DNA from: Amoebophrya sp. A120 | Lineage: Eukaryota; Protista; Dinoflagellata | NCBI GenBank assembly: GCA_905178155.1 | Contig: CAJINV010000021.1 | Location: 785,420 to 849,419, forward strand | Length of the DNA stretch: 64,000 bases | Direction: 5' to 3' | Part shown: positions 61,670-64,000 of the stretch, piece after piece | How the letters are laid out: every line of letters begins with the position of its first letter | Numbering within the stretch: the stretch's first letter is position 1 | The notes under the pieces: generated by a model | Told to the model about the DNA's origin: nothing | What the model saw: the letters and a program-made list of their open reading frames with translations, nothing else | Database searches by the model: none | Translations under genes and position numbers: made by a program

Positions 61670-63235
61670 TGTTTGGCGAAATGCGGAAAAGCCGCTTTCG
61701 GCCGAGCTAGCCTAACCGCCAAGTAGCCCAGTTTCGGCCGATTTTCTGCGACCATGCCGTGGGGTTTTCCCCATTTCGGCGAAATGCGGAAAAGCCCTTT
61801 TCGGGCGAGCGAGCCTCGCCGCCAAGTAGCCCGGTTTTGGAAAGATTTTTACTACCATGCCGTGGGGTTTTCCGCATTCCGGCGAAATGCGGAAAAGCCC
61901 TTCTCGCCCAAGCGAGCCTCACCTACAAGTGGCAATTTACAAGGATTTTTACGACCATACCGTGGGGTTTTCCGCATTTCGGCGAAATGCGGAAAAGCCC
62001 TTTTCGGGCGAGCGAGCCTCACCTGCAAGTAGCCCGGTTTTGGGAAGATTTCTACGACCACAACGTAGGCTTTTCCGCATTTCGCCGAAATGCGGAAAAG
62101 CCCCTTTCGGCCGACCGACCCTCACCTCAAAGTAGCCGGATTTTTGCAGATTTTCTGCGACCATACCGTGGGCTTTTCCGCATTCAACCAAAATGCGGAA
62201 AAGCCCTTTTCGGCTAGGCGAGCGTCACCTCGAACCAGCCCGGTAGTTGTGGCAAGATTTATGCGAACATGCCGTGGACTTTTCCGCATTTCGCCCAAAT
62301 GCGGAAAAGCTCTTTCCGGCCGAGCGAGCCTCACCTCCAATTAGCCCGGTTCTTTTGGAAAGATTTTGACTACCATGCCGTGGGGCTTTCCGCATTTCGG
62401 CAAAATGCGAAAAAGCCTCTTTCGGGCGAGCGAGCCCCAACTTCAAGTAGCCCTGCTTTATTTGCAGATTTTCTGCGATCATACCGTGGGGTTTTCCGCA
62501 TTTTTCTGAAACGCGGAAAAGCGCCTTTCGGCCGAGCTAGCCTCACCTCAAAGTAGCCTGATTTCTGCAGATTTTCTGCGACCATGCCGTGGGGTTTTCC
62601 GCATTTCGGCGAAATTCGGAAAAACCCTTTTCGGGGGAGCGAGCCTCACCTCCAAGTAGCCCGGTTTTGGAAAAATTTTTACTACCATGCCGTGGGGTTT
62701 TCCGCATTTCGGCGAAATGCGGAAAAGCCCTTTTCGGGCGAGCGAGACTCACCTTCAAGTAGCCTTGCTTTTGCAGATTTTCTGCGACCATGCCGTGGGG
62801 TTTTCCACATTTTCCTGAAATGCGGAAAAGCCGCTTTTGGTCAAGCGAGCCTCACCTCAAAGTAGCCTGATTTCTGCAGATTTTCTGCGACCATACCGTT
62901 GACTTTTCCGCATTTCGCCGAAATGCGGAAAAGCTCTTTTCGGCCGAGCGAGCCTCGCCTCCAAGTCCTCCAAGTACCCCGGTTTTGCAAGGATTTTTAC
63001 GACCATGCCGTGGGGTTTTCCGCATTTCGGCGAAAGGCGAAAAAGCCCTTTTCCGCCAAGCGAGCCTGACCCTCAAGTAGCCCGGTTTTGCAAGGATTTT
63101 TACGACAATGCCTTGGGGTTTTCCGCATTTCGGCGAAATGCGAAAAAGCCCTTTTCCGCCGAGCGAGCCTCGCCTCCAAGTAGCCCTGTTTTGGAAAGAT
63201 ATCTACGACCATAGCTTGGGTTTTTCCGCATTTTG
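61670..63235. repeat. Satellite 4, ~103-bp unit, ~15 copies
   Basis: CCATRCCGTGGG followed by dyad TTTTCCGCATTTCGGCGAAATGCGGAAAA, recurring about every 103 bp. Confidence 0.95.
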
Positions 63236-63239
63236 GCCC

Positions 63240-64000
63240 CGCTGCCGACCCAAATCGGGACGCCGCTGCTGACTAGGAGGTGGTGCGTCCCGTTTCGGAC
63301 CCAAAACGGGACACAACTGCTGCCCAGGAGGTGGTGTGTCCCGTTTCGGACGCAGAACGGGACACACCATAGCTGTCGCGTGATAAATTTCAAAATTTTG
63401 TTTTTATCGCAGTTCAGAATCCACGAATTTTCAAAATTTTATTTTTATTCAATGACGGTTTGGTTTTGTTTGTTGATTCAAGTTGCCACAACATTCACGA
63501 AGTCGTGCCCTCGAAGTTACTGATTGCCTCCAGCAGCCGCCTAAACGTGCCCTGTTTTGGCTAGTTTCAGTCCAGCATAGCATGCACATTCCGCTTTTGC
63601 CGGGAAATCGGAATGTGCCTTTTTTTGCCCAACGCGGCCGCAACCAAAAAAACTCATCTTCAGGCCCACTTCTGTCCACCATACCGTGCACATTCTGATT
63701 TTAAGTAGAAATCGGAATGTACCCGCGCGGCAGTTGCCGGGATCCGACCGGAAAGGCTTCAAACTGGCCGCTCGAAAGCCCACCTTCTGGCCGCTAGCCA
63801 AAAATGTCCGGTTTTGGTCAGTTTGCATCCACCATACCATGCACATTGCGATTTTTCCAGAAAATCGGAATGTGCTTCCCCTGCCCCTCGCGGCCGCAAC
63901 CAAAAAAACTCATCTTTTGACCCACTTCTGTTCACCATACCGTGCACATTCCGATTTTCAGTAGAAATCGGAATGTGTCCGCGCTGCAGTCGCCGGGATC
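63240..64000. repeat. Short ~52-bp duplication, then satellite 5 (~256-bp period with sub-repeats, runs off the window)
   Basis: CGGCCGCAACCAAAAAAACTCATCTT at ~63635 and ~63891. Repeated GCACATTCCG...AAATCGGAATGTG dyads. Confidence 0.8.

Noticed and set aside
56059-63947. Many repeated ORFs (e.g. the 188-aa MGLRQNWAPW... series)
   Set aside because: Translations of satellite DNA. The 206-bp period is not a multiple of 3 and there are no protein-like features.

Overview
Eukaryotic, alveolate-like genomic DNA. The gene content, the single-strand gene array and the TAT-initiated inverted-repeat introns point to a syndinian dinoflagellate such as Amoebophrya; this identity is an inference. Bases 1-55.5 kb hold about 19 protein-coding genes, all on the minus strand: SH3 protein, WW/B-box protein, PET191/COA5, DGAT2, PUS7/TruD, single-domain EF-hand cation channel, divergent Arp4-like protein, PRP43/DHX15, acyl-protein thioesterase, MPP6, SURF2, YjjX-type NTPase, LIM protein and several hypotheticals. 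The main feature is a set of 11 short elements from about 5 sequence families, each bounded by TAT...ATA terminal inverted repeats (TIRs) and a 5-bp direct repeat (DR). Nine sit inside coding exons. Removing element plus one DR restores the reading frame, with no GT-AG or GC-AG at the precise boundaries. Two families occur in both orientations, and all families share an internal YTGT[A/C/G]ATGC motif with recurrent 31-bp spacing. One element has absorbed a 1.27-kb insertion flanked by a 17-bp target-site duplication (TSD). Also present are a 9-bp-TSD MITE with a perfect 62-bp palindrome and an intronic TIR element carrying a 39-bp minisatellite. From 56.1 kb to the end lies a block of satellites, mostly with ~101-116-bp units, four families of which share a CCATRSCGT box plus dyad architecture.
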